From positions 128,001-192,000 of the forward strand of contig CAVXJS010000009.1 in the NCBI GenBank assembly GCA_963762145.1: a stretch of DNA of 64,000 nucleotides. The letters are read 5' to 3'. Position 1 is the first letter of the stretch; the number at the start of each line of letters is the position of its first letter. This stretch comes from an uncultured Candidatus Rokubacteria bacterium. GTDB lineage: Bacteria; Methylomirabilota; Methylomirabilia; Rokubacteriales; CSP1-6. The translations under genes and the position numbers were made by a program. Of the stretch, positions 21,701 through 30,908 are shown piece after piece. Below the pieces are notes generated by a model, which was not told the origin of the DNA, made no database searches, and saw nothing but the letters and a program-made list of their open reading frames with translations.

Positions 21701-22561
21701 ATGCCCGAGCTGCCCGAGGTCGAGGCGGCGCGGCGCGCGGCCCAGAAAGTTGCGGCGGGACGCCGCATCTCCGAGGTCTGGGTCGCCGACGATCCGATCG
21801 TCTTCGAAGGCGTCGCGCCCGCCCGATTCCGCCGGGCCCTCGTCGGCCGCCGGGTGACGGCGGTGCGGCGCCACGGCAAGCACCTCTGGCTCGAGCTCGA
21901 CCGGCGGCCGTGGCCGTGTCTCCACTTCGGCATGACCGGCGGCATTCACGTTCCGGCGGGGCGCGCGGTGCGGCTCGTGTCGGATGGGACGCCCAATACA
22001 TCTGAAACGATCCGGCCGGACTGGCCGCCGCGCTTCACCAAGCTCCACCTGCGCTTCGCGGGCGGCACCGAGCTGGCGCTGGCCGACGGGCGCCGTCTCG
22101 GCCGCATCCGGCTGCGCCGGGATCCGCCCAGCGAGCCGCCGATCAGCGCGCTCGGCTTCGATGCCCTGCGGGCCATGCCCACGCCGGCGCGGTTCCACGC
22201 GATGCTCCGCGAGCGGAAGTCGCCGATCAAGGCGGTGCTGCTCGACCAGTCGTTCGCGGCCGGCATCGGCAACTGGATCGCCGACGAGGTGCTCTACCAG
22301 GCCGGCATCGCGCCCAAGCGCCGCGCCAGCACGCTCTCCCCGGCCGAGGCGGGCCGGCTGCGGACCCGGATCCGCTCGGTGATCGGCGGCGCGGTGCGGG
22401 CGGGGTCCGACAGCGATCGCTTCCCGCGCTGGTGGCTCTTCCACCGGCGCTGGGGCCATCGCCGCGGGGGCCCGTCCGCCACCACCGTGCGGGGCGAGCA
22501 CATCCGCCACGAGACGGTGGGAGGCCGCACCACGGCCTGGGTGCCCTCGGCGCAGCGCTGA
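21701..22561 (+). CDS. Fpg/Nei DNA glycosylase lacking the zinc finger
   Basis: MPELPEVE, HFGMTG, LLDQ..AGIGNWIADEVL; C-terminus GGRTTAWVPSAQ has no Cys. Confidence 0.92.
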   Translation: MPELPEVEAARRAAQKVAAGRRISEVWVADDPIVFEGVAPARFRRALVGRRVTAVRRHGKHLWLELDRRPWPCLHFGMTGGIHVPAGRAVRLVSDGTPNTSETIRPDWPPRFTKLHLRFAGGTELALADGRRLGRIRLRRDPPSEPPISALGFDALRAMPTPARFHAMLRERKSPIKAVLLDQSFAAGIGNWIADEVLYQAGIAPKRRASTLSPAEAGRLRTRIRSVIGGAVRAGSDSDRFPRWWLFHRRWGHRRGGPSATTVRGEHIRHETVGGRTTAWVPSAQR

Positions 22562-22594
22562 AGGAGGGCGCGCACGCCGGAACGATCGCGTCGC

Positions 22595-23716
22595 TCAGTC
22601 GACCCGAACGCGGTCGCCCGCGCTGACGCCGGCGACGATCTCGGTGGTGATCCCGTCCGAGAGACCCAGCTCGATGGCCCGGCTCTGAAAGACCCCCGGC
22701 GCGGTCTCGACGTTCACGTACGGGCGGCCCTCGCGGAACCGCACGCACCGCTCCGGGAGGGCCCAGACCCCCTCGCGCCGCGCGACGACCACTTCGGCGG
22801 TGGCGCTGTAGCCGGCCCGCACCACGCGGCCGGGTCGGAGTATCAGGGCGGCACGCACCTCGAAGGTGGTCACGCCGTCCTTGTCGGTGGCCTTCGGCGC
22901 GATGAAGTCGAGACGCCCGTCGAAGCGCTCGCCGGGGAGGGCCCCGATCGACACCGACGCCGGCATGCCAACCTGCACGCTCCCCGCGTCCGGCTCGTCC
23001 AGCTTGCCCCGGAAGATGAGATCGGACATGTCGGCGATCGAGACGATCGTCGTTCCCTCGTTAAAGGTGTTGCTCTCGATCACGAAGGCCCCGATCTCGA
23101 CCGGCCGTTCCAGGATCGTGCCGTGCACGGTCGCCCGGACCTCTGACGCGCTACGCCCCAGCGCGGTCGAAGCGCCGGTCTGCACGATCTCCAGGCGCCG
23201 TCGGGCCGCGGTCAGGCGCTGCTCGGCCAGACGGAGCTCCGTCTCCAGCTTCTCGAACTCGGCGCGCGCCACCAGGTGCCGGCTGAACAGCCCCTCCACT
23301 CGCCTGAACTCCTGCTGCGCCTGGGCGTGGCTGATGCGCGCGCCGTCCACCTCGGCCTCGGCCGCGTTCACGTTGGCCGGATTGGGCAGCGGACGGATGA
23401 CCGCGAGCAGGTCGCCGGTCCGCACGGTGTCCCCGCGCGCCACCAGCACCTGTTCGATCACGCCGGAGATCTGGGGCTTGACGTTGACCTCCTTGCGCGG
23501 CGAGATCGTGCCGTTGGCGACGACGGTTCGACGGATCGTGGCCTGGAACGGCTGGATCGTCCGGTACTCCGTCGCCGACCGAGTCGTTCTCGGGTAGAGG
23601 AGATAGCCGGCCGCGGCCAGGAGCCCGAGGAGGAGCGACGTCGCGAGCACCGTCGCCCCGAGCCGTCGCGCCCGCCGCCCCCTCCCGTCGCCGCCGGAGG
23701 GCGTCTCTTCACTCAT
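22595..23716 (-). CDS. Efflux periplasmic adaptor (MacA-like)
   Basis: N-terminal TM, VKPQISGVIEQVLV..GD lipoyl-like halves, helical hairpin, IELGLSDG. Confidence 0.88.
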   Translation of the reverse strand: MSEETPSGGDGRGRRARRLGATVLATSLLLGLLAAAGYLLYPRTTRSATEYRTIQPFQATIRRTVVANGTISPRKEVNVKPQISGVIEQVLVARGDTVRTGDLLAVIRPLPNPANVNAAEAEVDGARISHAQAQQEFRRVEGLFSRHLVARAEFEKLETELRLAEQRLTAARRRLEIVQTGASTALGRSASEVRATVHGTILERPVEIGAFVIESNTFNEGTTIVSIADMSDLIFRGKLDEPDAGSVQVGMPASVSIGALPGERFDGRLDFIAPKATDKDGVTTFEVRAALILRPGRVVRAGYSATAEVVVARREGVWALPERCVRFREGRPYVNVETAPGVFQSRAIELGLSDGITTEIVAGVSAGDRVRVD

Positions 23717-24932
23717 GCCGCAGGGCCTCGACGGGGTCGACGCGCGCCGCCTGTCGCGCCGGGATGAGCCCGGCGATGACGCCGCCCGCGACCAGGACCA
23801 GCAAGGCGGTCCCGGCCCCCAGCAGATCGACCTCCGGATCGCGGAAGTACTCGGCCCGAAGTCCCGATCGCCGGACTATCTCGATCACGCCGATTCCGCT
23901 CACGAGGCCCGCGAATCCCGAGGCGATGGTGATCACCAGGGACTCGTGGAGGATCATCACCAGGATCGCTCGAGACGTGGCCCCCACCGCCTTGCGCAGA
24001 CCGATCTCCCGCGTCCGCTCGCGAACGGTGATGATCATGATGTTGCCCACGCCGACGAGCCCCGCGAACAAGGTTCCCACTCCCACGATCGCGCCGAAGA
24101 CCGAGATGCCGTTGAACACGGCCCGGAACTTCTTGTACTCCTCCAGGTTGTTGAAGATCGAGAGCGCAGCGCGGTCGGACGCTTCGAAGCGGTGCCGGGC
24201 CGCCAGCGTGGCGCGGATCTGCGACTCGAGGGCGACCCCGTCGGTGTCTCCGGGAACCGTGAAGGTGATGATGTCGAGGAGACGGTCCTGGCCGAACGAC
24301 CGCTGATACGCCGGATAGGGAACGTAGATCCGGCGGAGCTCCCTTTCCCCGCCCGTATCGGTGAACGTGCCGACGACCAGGTACCCGGCGCCCGCCACGT
24401 CGATGCGCTCGCCCAGGGGATCTCGCGCCCCGAAGAGCAGCTCGACGACCCGCGTGCCGATGACCGCGACCCGTCGGGCCTCCTGCACGTCACGCCAGTT
24501 GATGAGACGCCCCTCGATCAGGATGGTGCGCTCGATGACGTGGTAGCCGGGATGAATGCCCAGGATCTCGAACGCATGACTCTTGCGCCCGACCGTGACC
24601 GGCCGGTCGGAATTCCGCCGCGGGGTCACGTTGTCGATGGTGGGGAGCGCTCTCCCGACCGCGTGCAGGTCGTCGATCGTGAGCTTGATCGGCCGTCCGG
24701 GGACGAGCCCCTGATAGGGGACCGAGGCATGACCACCGTAGATCCAGATGCTGTTGAAGGCGTCGTCGCGGAAGATCTCGAACACGCCCCGCTCCATGCC
24801 CTTCCCGACGCCGAGGAGGAGCACCATCATGAAGACCCCCCAGAACACGCCGAGCGCGGTGAGGCCGGTGCGCAGCTTGTGCCGCGAGAGGCTGACTGCG
24901 ACCAGGCGCCAGTGATCGGCGAGTCGCATCAC
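23709..24932 (-). CDS. MacB/FtsX-type ABC permease (no NBD)
   Basis: HKLRTGLTALGVFWG, VGNIMIITVRERTREIGLRKAVGA, PARQAARVDPVEALRHE. Confidence 0.88.
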   Translation of the reverse strand: MMRLADHWRLVAVSLSRHKLRTGLTALGVFWGVFMMVLLLGVGKGMERGVFEIFRDDAFNSIWIYGGHASVPYQGLVPGRPIKLTIDDLHAVGRALPTIDNVTPRRNSDRPVTVGRKSHAFEILGIHPGYHVIERTILIEGRLINWRDVQEARRVAVIGTRVVELLFGARDPLGERIDVAGAGYLVVGTFTDTGGERELRRIYVPYPAYQRSFGQDRLLDIITFTVPGDTDGVALESQIRATLAARHRFEASDRAALSIFNNLEEYKKFRAVFNGISVFGAIVGVGTLFAGLVGVGNIMIITVRERTREIGLRKAVGATSRAILVMILHESLVITIASGFAGLVSGIGVIEIVRRSGLRAEYFRDPEVDLLGAGTALLVLVAGGVIAGLIPARQAARVDPVEALRHE

Positions 24933-25090
24933 TCAGTGGGTGGCCATGACCGCGGTAGGATTCTACACCGCCCCGGCCTTGTCAAAGGTCCCGGGGGGGG
25001 GGCGCCCCGGGCTTTTCCAGGGGATCCCCCTGAGCCGTCCCTTCGGGTATACTCCCCGGGTATCCTCCCCCAAGAGAAAGGAGCCCCCCA

Positions 25091-26278
25091 ATGAGAGAGG
25101 CTGTCGTCGTCGCCAGCTCCCGCACCCCGCTCGCCAAGTCCCATCGCGGGTCGTTCAACATCACCCGCCCGGATGATCTGGCCGCCCACTGCATCAAGGA
25201 CGTGCTCGGCAAGGCCCCGCAGCTCGACATCGCCGAGATCGAGGACGTCATCATGGGCTGCGCCCAGCCCAACGGTCCGCAGGGCAGCAACGTCGCCCGC
25301 GTGGCCCTGATCCGCGCGGGGCTGCCGGTCTCGGTCGCGGGCACGACGGTGAACCGCTTCTGCTCGTCGGGGCTGCAGGCCATCGCGATGGCCGCCCACC
25401 AGATCATCCTGGGCGGCGCGGACGCGGCGATCGGCGGCGGTCTCGAGTCGATCAGCATGATGAAGCGCGACGGGGATCCGAACCCGTGGGTGAAGGAGAA
25501 GAAGCCCGGCATCTACATGGTGATGGGCGACACCGCGGAGGTGGTGGCCAAGCGCTACAACGTCACCCGCCAGATGCAGGACGAGTACTCCCTGGTGAGC
25601 CAGCAGCGCACCGCGCGGGCCCAGCAGGAGGGCTTCTTCAAGGAAGAGATCGCGCCGATGCAGGTCGTGCGCGGCATCGTCGACAAGAAGACCGGCGAGA
25701 TCACCGGCAAGGAAGACGGCTACGTGGAGAAGGACGAGTGCAACCGTCCCGACACCACGCTCGAAGGCCTGCTGTCGCTCCAGCCGCACTTCGACAAGAC
25801 GAGCGGCAAGGGCAGCGTCACCGCGGGCAACTCCTCGCAGCTCTCGGACGGGGCCTCCGCCACGCTCCTGATGTCGGCGGACCGCGCCAAGGCGCTCGGC
25901 ATCAAGCCCAAGCTCATCTTCCGCGGCTTCGCGGTCGCGGGCTGCGAGCCGGACGAGATGGGGATCGGGCCGGTCTACGCGATCCCGAAGCTGCTCAAGC
26001 GCAACGGCCTCAAGATGGACGACATCGACATGTGGGAGCTGAACGAAGCCTTCGCCTCGCAGGTTGTCTACTGCCGCGACAAGCTGGGCATCCCGATGGA
26101 GAAGCTCAACCTGAACGGCGGCTCGATCTCGATCGGCCACCCGTTCGGGATGACCGGCTCGCGCATGGTCGGCACCATCGCCAACGAGATGCTGCGCCGC
26201 AAGGCGAAGTACGGCGTGGTGACGATGTGCATCGGCGGCGGTCAGGGCGCCGCGGGCCTCTTCGAGTCCTGTCTCTAG
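25091..26278 (+). CDS. Acetyl-CoA C-acyltransferase (thiolase)
   Basis: NRFCSSG, ELNEAFA, GHPFGMTG, MCIGGGQG. Confidence 0.95.
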   Translation: MREAVVVASSRTPLAKSHRGSFNITRPDDLAAHCIKDVLGKAPQLDIAEIEDVIMGCAQPNGPQGSNVARVALIRAGLPVSVAGTTVNRFCSSGLQAIAMAAHQIILGGADAAIGGGLESISMMKRDGDPNPWVKEKKPGIYMVMGDTAEVVAKRYNVTRQMQDEYSLVSQQRTARAQQEGFFKEEIAPMQVVRGIVDKKTGEITGKEDGYVEKDECNRPDTTLEGLLSLQPHFDKTSGKGSVTAGNSSQLSDGASATLLMSADRAKALGIKPKLIFRGFAVAGCEPDEMGIGPVYAIPKLLKRNGLKMDDIDMWELNEAFASQVVYCRDKLGIPMEKLNLNGGSISIGHPFGMTGSRMVGTIANEMLRRKAKYGVVTMCIGGGQGAAGLFESCL

Positions 26279-26297
26279 TCTCCCCGCCGTGAATCCG

Positions 26298-26378
26298 CCC
26301 CTCACCCTGCCCTCTCCCCTCCGGGGCGAGGGTGGAGGACAACCCTCTCCCCCCTGGGGAGAGGGCAGGGTGAGGGGG
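26298..26378. repeat. Inverted pair of REP-like elements
   Basis: One copy at 26298-26332 and an inverted copy at 26343-26378 (…GGGGAGAGGGCAGGGTGAGGGG). Confidence 0.82.
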
Positions 26379-26392
26379 ATGTCTCCCCTCAG

Positions 26393-27556
26393 GTGACCGA
26401 CATGCCCTACGACTTCGACCGCGTCATCGAGCGCCGCGCCACCGCCAGCAACAAGTGGCGGAAGTATCCCGCCGACGTGCTCCCGCTCTGGGTCGCGGAC
26501 ATGGACTTCGCCTCGCCGGAGCCGGTGATCCGCGCGCTGCGCGAGCGGGTCGAGCACGGCGTGTACGGCTACGGCTTCGAGGAGCCGGAGTTCGCTCAGG
26601 TCTTCGTGGACCGCCTGCAGAAGCGCTACGGCTGGACGGTGTCACCCGAGGCGGTCGTCATGATCGCGGGCGTGATCCCCGGCTTCAACGTGGCCTGCCG
26701 CGCGCTCACCCGGCCGGGCGACGGGCTCCTCATGCAGGTGCCGGTCTATCCCCCGATCCTCCGCTCGCCGGGCAATCACGAGCTGACGCGCGACGACGTC
26801 CCGCTCGCCCGCGATCGCGACGGCCGCTACGCCCCGGATCTGGACGCGTTCCGCGCCGCCATCCACGCCCGCACGCGCGCGTTCCTGCTCTGCAACCCGC
26901 ACAACCCGGTGGGTCGCGTCTTCACGAGAGAAGAGCTCGCGGGCATGGCTCGGATCTGCGTCGAGCGCGACCTGGCGATCATCGCGGACGAGATCCACTG
27001 CGACCTGCTCTACCAGGGTCAGCGCCACGTCCCGATGGCCTCTCTCGGCCCCGAGATCGAGCAGCGCACGATCACGCTGATGGCGCCCAGCAAGACGTTC
27101 AACCTCGCCGGGCTCAAGGTCTCGGTGGCGGTCATCCCGAACGCTCCGCTGCGCGAGCGCTTCATGGCCGCGCGCGGCGACTACGTGCAGACCCAGGTCA
27201 ACGTGCTCGGCTACGCGGCGGCCTTCGCGGCGTACCGGGACGGCGACGCGTGGCTCGGCGAGCTGATGCGCTACCTCGAGGCCAACCGGGACTACCTGAC
27301 CGACTACGTGAGCCGCCACCTGCCCGGCGTCACCATGCCGTCGCCGGAAGGCACGTACCTCGCCTGGCTCGATTGCCGGGGCACGCGCGCCGCGGCGGAC
27401 CCCTTCACGTTCTTTCTCGAGCGCGCGAAGGTGGCGTTCAACGACGGAGCGCTCTTCGGCCCGGGGGGCCAGGGCTTCGTCCGCCTCAACTTCGGCTCGC
27501 CCCGGTCCATCCTGACCGAGGGGCTGGAGCGGATGCGCCGGGCCCTCGCCGGCTGA
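26393..27556 (+). CDS. MalY/PatB family PLP C-S lyase (cystathionine beta-lyase-like)
   Basis: LPLWVADMDF, LCNPHNPVGRV, DEIH, APSKTFNLAG, EGTYLAWLD. Confidence 0.93.
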   Translation: MTDMPYDFDRVIERRATASNKWRKYPADVLPLWVADMDFASPEPVIRALRERVEHGVYGYGFEEPEFAQVFVDRLQKRYGWTVSPEAVVMIAGVIPGFNVACRALTRPGDGLLMQVPVYPPILRSPGNHELTRDDVPLARDRDGRYAPDLDAFRAAIHARTRAFLLCNPHNPVGRVFTREELAGMARICVERDLAIIADEIHCDLLYQGQRHVPMASLGPEIEQRTITLMAPSKTFNLAGLKVSVAVIPNAPLRERFMAARGDYVQTQVNVLGYAAAFAAYRDGDAWLGELMRYLEANRDYLTDYVSRHLPGVTMPSPEGTYLAWLDCRGTRAAADPFTFFLERAKVAFNDGALFGPGGQGFVRLNFGSPRSILTEGLERMRRALAG

Positions 27557-27709
27557 GCCTCGACGGGCCTTAGACGGGGCCCGCCCCGCAGTCGTTTACA
27601 CGCCTCCTCGCCCGGATCTGACCGTCGTTCCTACCCGAATGTCCTCCGGATGGCCCTCGTCTGACTGCATGTAACCAGACCTCACCGGCCCGGCGGCCAG
27701 GAGAACGCG

Positions 27710-28021
27710 ATGCGTGGCAGGCGAAGCGTGACGGCAGTGGCGGCGACCGTGCTGGGCGTGGGGCTGTGCGCGGGTTGCGCCACCGCGCCCGCGGGCCCGA
27801 GCGTGATGGTCCTGCCGGGCGCCGGCCGGCCCTTCGATCAGTTCCAGGCCGACGTGAGCGTCTGCCGCGACTGGGCCGCGCAGCAGGTGAAGGGCGCCTT
27901 CATGGACGCGCCGTCGTTCGAGGTGCAGCGCCGCTACGACAACGCCTACATCCAGTGCATGTACGCCAAGGGGCATCAGGTCCCGGGATTCGACCTCCCC
28001 GCCCGGACGCCCCCCAGGTAA
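27710..28021 (+). CDS. Small Cys-containing lipoprotein
   Basis: CAGC lipobox; GPSVMVLPG..FQAD..C..QRRYDNAYIQCMYAKGHQVP; AGGAG RBS. Confidence 0.7.
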   Translation: MRGRRSVTAVAATVLGVGLCAGCATAPAGPSVMVLPGAGRPFDQFQADVSVCRDWAAQQVKGAFMDAPSFEVQRRYDNAYIQCMYAKGHQVPGFDLPARTPPR

Positions 28022-28043
28022 CGCCCGAGTGACGGAGGCCACC

Positions 28044-30287
28044 ATGAGCCACACCTTCAAGCGACTGATCGCCAGCCTCCTGGCGTTGATGCTCTTCGTG
28101 GGGGCCGCGCCGCTGGCGCGTGCCGCCTCGCCCGCTCCTCCCGCACCGCCCGCGCCGCCGGCCGCCTCCGGGCCAGCAGATGGCGAGGCCGACGACAGCC
28201 AGAACCCGGCGCCGACGCCGCCCCGGCTCAGCTACACCAACGGTGACGTCTCGTTCTGGCGCCCCGGCGGCGAGGACTGGGCGCCGGCGCAGGTGAACAC
28301 CCCGCTGGCCCCCGGCGACCAGCTCTATACCGGCAATCGCGGCAACCTCGAGGTGCAGATCGACTCCCGGAGCTTCGTGCGGGCCTGGGGCGACAGCCAG
28401 CTCGGCCTCGAGAACCACGAGCCCGATTTCCTCCAGATCAAGGTGGCGGCCGGCCACGTCTCGCTCGACCTACGCGCGCTGGAGGGCGGGCGCACGGTGG
28501 AGCTCGACACGCCGGCCGCCGCGTTCACCATCGACCGGCCGGGCTACTACCGGGTGGACGTGGCCCCCGATCGCACGTCGTTCGTCACCCGGCGCGGCGG
28601 CACCGCGAGCATGACGCCGGGCGGCGGCGAAGCGGTCCGCATCGCGGCGAGCGAGCAGGTGGTGTTGACCGGCACCGGCCCCTCCGCCGTCCAGACCTTC
28701 GTCGCGCCCGAGCAGGACGTGTGGGACCGCTGGAACTACGCGCGCACCGAGGCCCTCGTGGACACCGTGAGCGCGCGCTACGTGCCGCCGACGGTCTCCG
28801 GCGTGGACGATCTCGACCAGCACGGCAACTGGCGCGTGGTGCCGGAGTACGGCTCGGTGTGGGTGCCGGAAGGCGTCGGGACCGACTGGTCCCCCTACAC
28901 CACCGGCCGCTGGGTCTGGGACCCGCGCTTCGGGTGGAGCTGGGTGGACACGGCCCCCTGGGGCTGGGCGCCCTATCACTACGGCCGCTGGGTCCACCTC
29001 GACCGCGTCTGGGCCTGGGCACCCGGGCCCGTGGTGGTGCGCCCGGTCTACGCGCCGGCGCTCGTGGCCTTCTTCGGGGCGCCCGGCGTGCGGGTCGCCA
29101 TCGGCGCGCCCTTCGTGAGCTGGGTCGCGCTCGGCTGGGGCGAGCCGTGCGTGCCGTGGTGGGGCCGCCCGGGCTTCGTCGGCCGTCCCTGGTGGGGCGG
29201 CTGGGGCGGGCCGCGTGTGGTCAACAACGTGGTCGTCAACCGCACCACGGTGGTGAACGTGACCAACATCAACGTGTACCGGAACGTCAACGTGCGCAAC
29301 GCGGTGGTCGCGGTGCGGCCGGATCGCTTCGGACGCGGGCCGGTCGGTGAGGCACGCATCCGTCAGGTGGACACCCGGCAGCTCGAGCCGGTACGCGGCG
29401 CGGTGGACGTCCGGCCGGATCGCGCGAGCTTCGCCGCGGCGAGCGGCCGCGGCATCCGTCCCCCGGAGAACGTGCTGGATCGGGGCGTCGTCGCGACACG
29501 GCCGCCGATAACCCGGGCCCTGCCGCGCGAGCCGGAAGGCCGCGGACCGGCGCCTCGCATCGTGGCGGCGCCCAGGCCCAGCGAGGTGGGTGACGCGCGG
29601 CCGCCGCTCGGCCAGAGCCGGCTCGAGCGCGCCCGCCCGCCGCGGGCGCCACGCTTCGAGAGCGACCAGCGTCCGGGCGCCACGCCGCCCGCGGCCCGTC
29701 GAGAGGATGCGGCGGGGCCGGAGCGGGGACGCCGGCCCGACGCCCAGCGGGTTCCGGAACCGCAGCGGACGCCCGACTCACCGCGAGGCCCAGAGCCGCC
29801 GCGCGGGCCGGAGGTGCCGCGTGCGCCGGAGCTCCAGCGCGTGCCGCAGCGGCAGTCGACGCCACCGGTGCAGCCGACTCCGCAGGCCCAGCCGACACCG
29901 CAGGTCCAGCGCCCGCCGGACACACCGCGCGAGCGCCGCGCGCCGGCGGACGTCCCGGGGCGCTCGCGACGCGAGACGCCGGATCAGCCTCGCTCCGCCG
30001 AGCGGCCCGCGGCGCCCGCGCCATCGCCGCGTCAGGCGGAGCGGCCTGCGGCTCCGGCCCCGCAGCCGCGCCAGGTGGAGCGGCCCACCGCGCCGCAGCC
30101 GCGCACCGAGGCGCCGCGCCCGCAGCAACGGGGACTGCCCGGTGAGCCGGCGAACCGGCTCTATCCCGGTGGCCGTGTGGAAGCCCCCGCGCGCCGCGGG
30201 CCCGAGTCGCACCCGATGGCCCGTCCGCGCCCGACCCAGGAGCGCGGGGGCGGCCGGGAGCGGGGGCCGGCGCGCGAGCACCGCTAG
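28044..30287 (+). CDS. Exported FecR-like/DUF6600-type protein with Pro/Arg/Gln-rich tail
   Basis: Signal peptide, RLSYTNGDVSF..NTPLAPGDQLYT, Trp-rich DLDQHGNW..PWGWAPYHYGRW, low-complexity C-terminus. Confidence 0.82.
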   Translation: MSHTFKRLIASLLALMLFVGAAPLARAASPAPPAPPAPPAASGPADGEADDSQNPAPTPPRLSYTNGDVSFWRPGGEDWAPAQVNTPLAPGDQLYTGNRGNLEVQIDSRSFVRAWGDSQLGLENHEPDFLQIKVAAGHVSLDLRALEGGRTVELDTPAAAFTIDRPGYYRVDVAPDRTSFVTRRGGTASMTPGGGEAVRIAASEQVVLTGTGPSAVQTFVAPEQDVWDRWNYARTEALVDTVSARYVPPTVSGVDDLDQHGNWRVVPEYGSVWVPEGVGTDWSPYTTGRWVWDPRFGWSWVDTAPWGWAPYHYGRWVHLDRVWAWAPGPVVVRPVYAPALVAFFGAPGVRVAIGAPFVSWVALGWGEPCVPWWGRPGFVGRPWWGGWGGPRVVNNVVVNRTTVVNVTNINVYRNVNVRNAVVAVRPDRFGRGPVGEARIRQVDTRQLEPVRGAVDVRPDRASFAAASGRGIRPPENVLDRGVVATRPPITRALPREPEGRGPAPRIVAAPRPSEVGDARPPLGQSRLERARPPRAPRFESDQRPGATPPAARREDAAGPERGRRPDAQRVPEPQRTPDSPRGPEPPRGPEVPRAPELQRVPQRQSTPPVQPTPQAQPTPQVQRPPDTPRERRAPADVPGRSRRETPDQPRSAERPAAPAPSPRQAERPAAPAPQPRQVERPTAPQPRTEAPRPQQRGLPGEPANRLYPGGRVEAPARRGPESHPMARPRPTQERGGGRERGPAREHR
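29985..30104 (+). repeat. Degenerate 39-bp (13-aa) coding repeats
   Basis: QPRSAERPAAPAP / SPRQAERPAAPAP / QPRQVERPTAP. Confidence 0.7.
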
Positions 30288-30301
30288 ACCCGCCGGGTTC
30301 C

Positions 30302-30814
30302 TCAGGGATAGACGGGCCGCAGGTCCACCGTCCGCAGGGCGGGCGACGGCGCATGGTCGATCGCGCCCGCCGGCAGGATGTGAACGACCCGCCAGCCCCG
30401 GACGAGGAGCGCGTCCGAGAGCAGCCCGCGGTGGCACCGGGACGGCTCCGCCTCCGCGCACATGATCGCGGTCGCGCCCGCCGCCGCCAGCGCCTCCAAC
30501 CCCTCGAGCCCGCGCCGGAACTCGTCGGTCTGCATGTGATCGGCGTAGCCGCGGAACCCCGCGCTCCGCAGCCCCAGGTTCACCGAGTCCGGCCGCGGCC
30601 GGCGGAGGCCACCGAGCGCCGGGAGATGCGCATACCCGATCCCGATCGCCTCGAGACACGCCGCGAGCGCCTCGCGGGCGAACTGAGGGTTGTGCCGCGA
30701 GTGGGGCAGGCTGCGGACGTCGGCGAGGGTCACGATCTGGTGCGAGCGCAAGAGGGTGGTGAAAGCATCTGCGGAGTGCGTCGAGTGCCCGATGGTGTGG
30801 AGCGTACGGATCAT
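30302..30814 (-). CDS. DUF488 family protein
   Basis: TIGHST, DVRSLPHSRHNPQF, LGG, MCAE..CHR. Confidence 0.88.
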   Translation of the reverse strand: MIRTLHTIGHSTHSADAFTTLLRSHQIVTLADVRSLPHSRHNPQFAREALAACLEAIGIGYAHLPALGGLRRPRPDSVNLGLRSAGFRGYADHMQTDEFRRGLEGLEALAAAGATAIMCAEAEPSRCHRGLLSDALLVRGWRVVHILPAGAIDHAPSPALRTVDLRPVYP

Positions 30815-30853
30815 GACTGTGAAGAGTAGCGCAGCGTCGGGTCCACGTGAAAC

Positions 30854-30889
30854 CGGCCGGGCACGGGAGCTGGTCCCCGTGCCCGGCCG
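30854..30889 (-). terminator. Hairpin downstream of the degP-like gene
   Basis: Perfect 14-bp stem CGGCCGGGCACGGG/CCCGTGCCCGGCCG; short U-tract on the minus strand. Confidence 0.7.
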
Positions 30890-30908
30890 TGGAACGGTGT
30901 GGCCCGGG

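Noticed and set aside
24960-24985. TTGACA/TAGAAT promoter for the MacB-like gene
   Set aside because: The spacer is only 14 nt, so it was not called as a canonical promoter.
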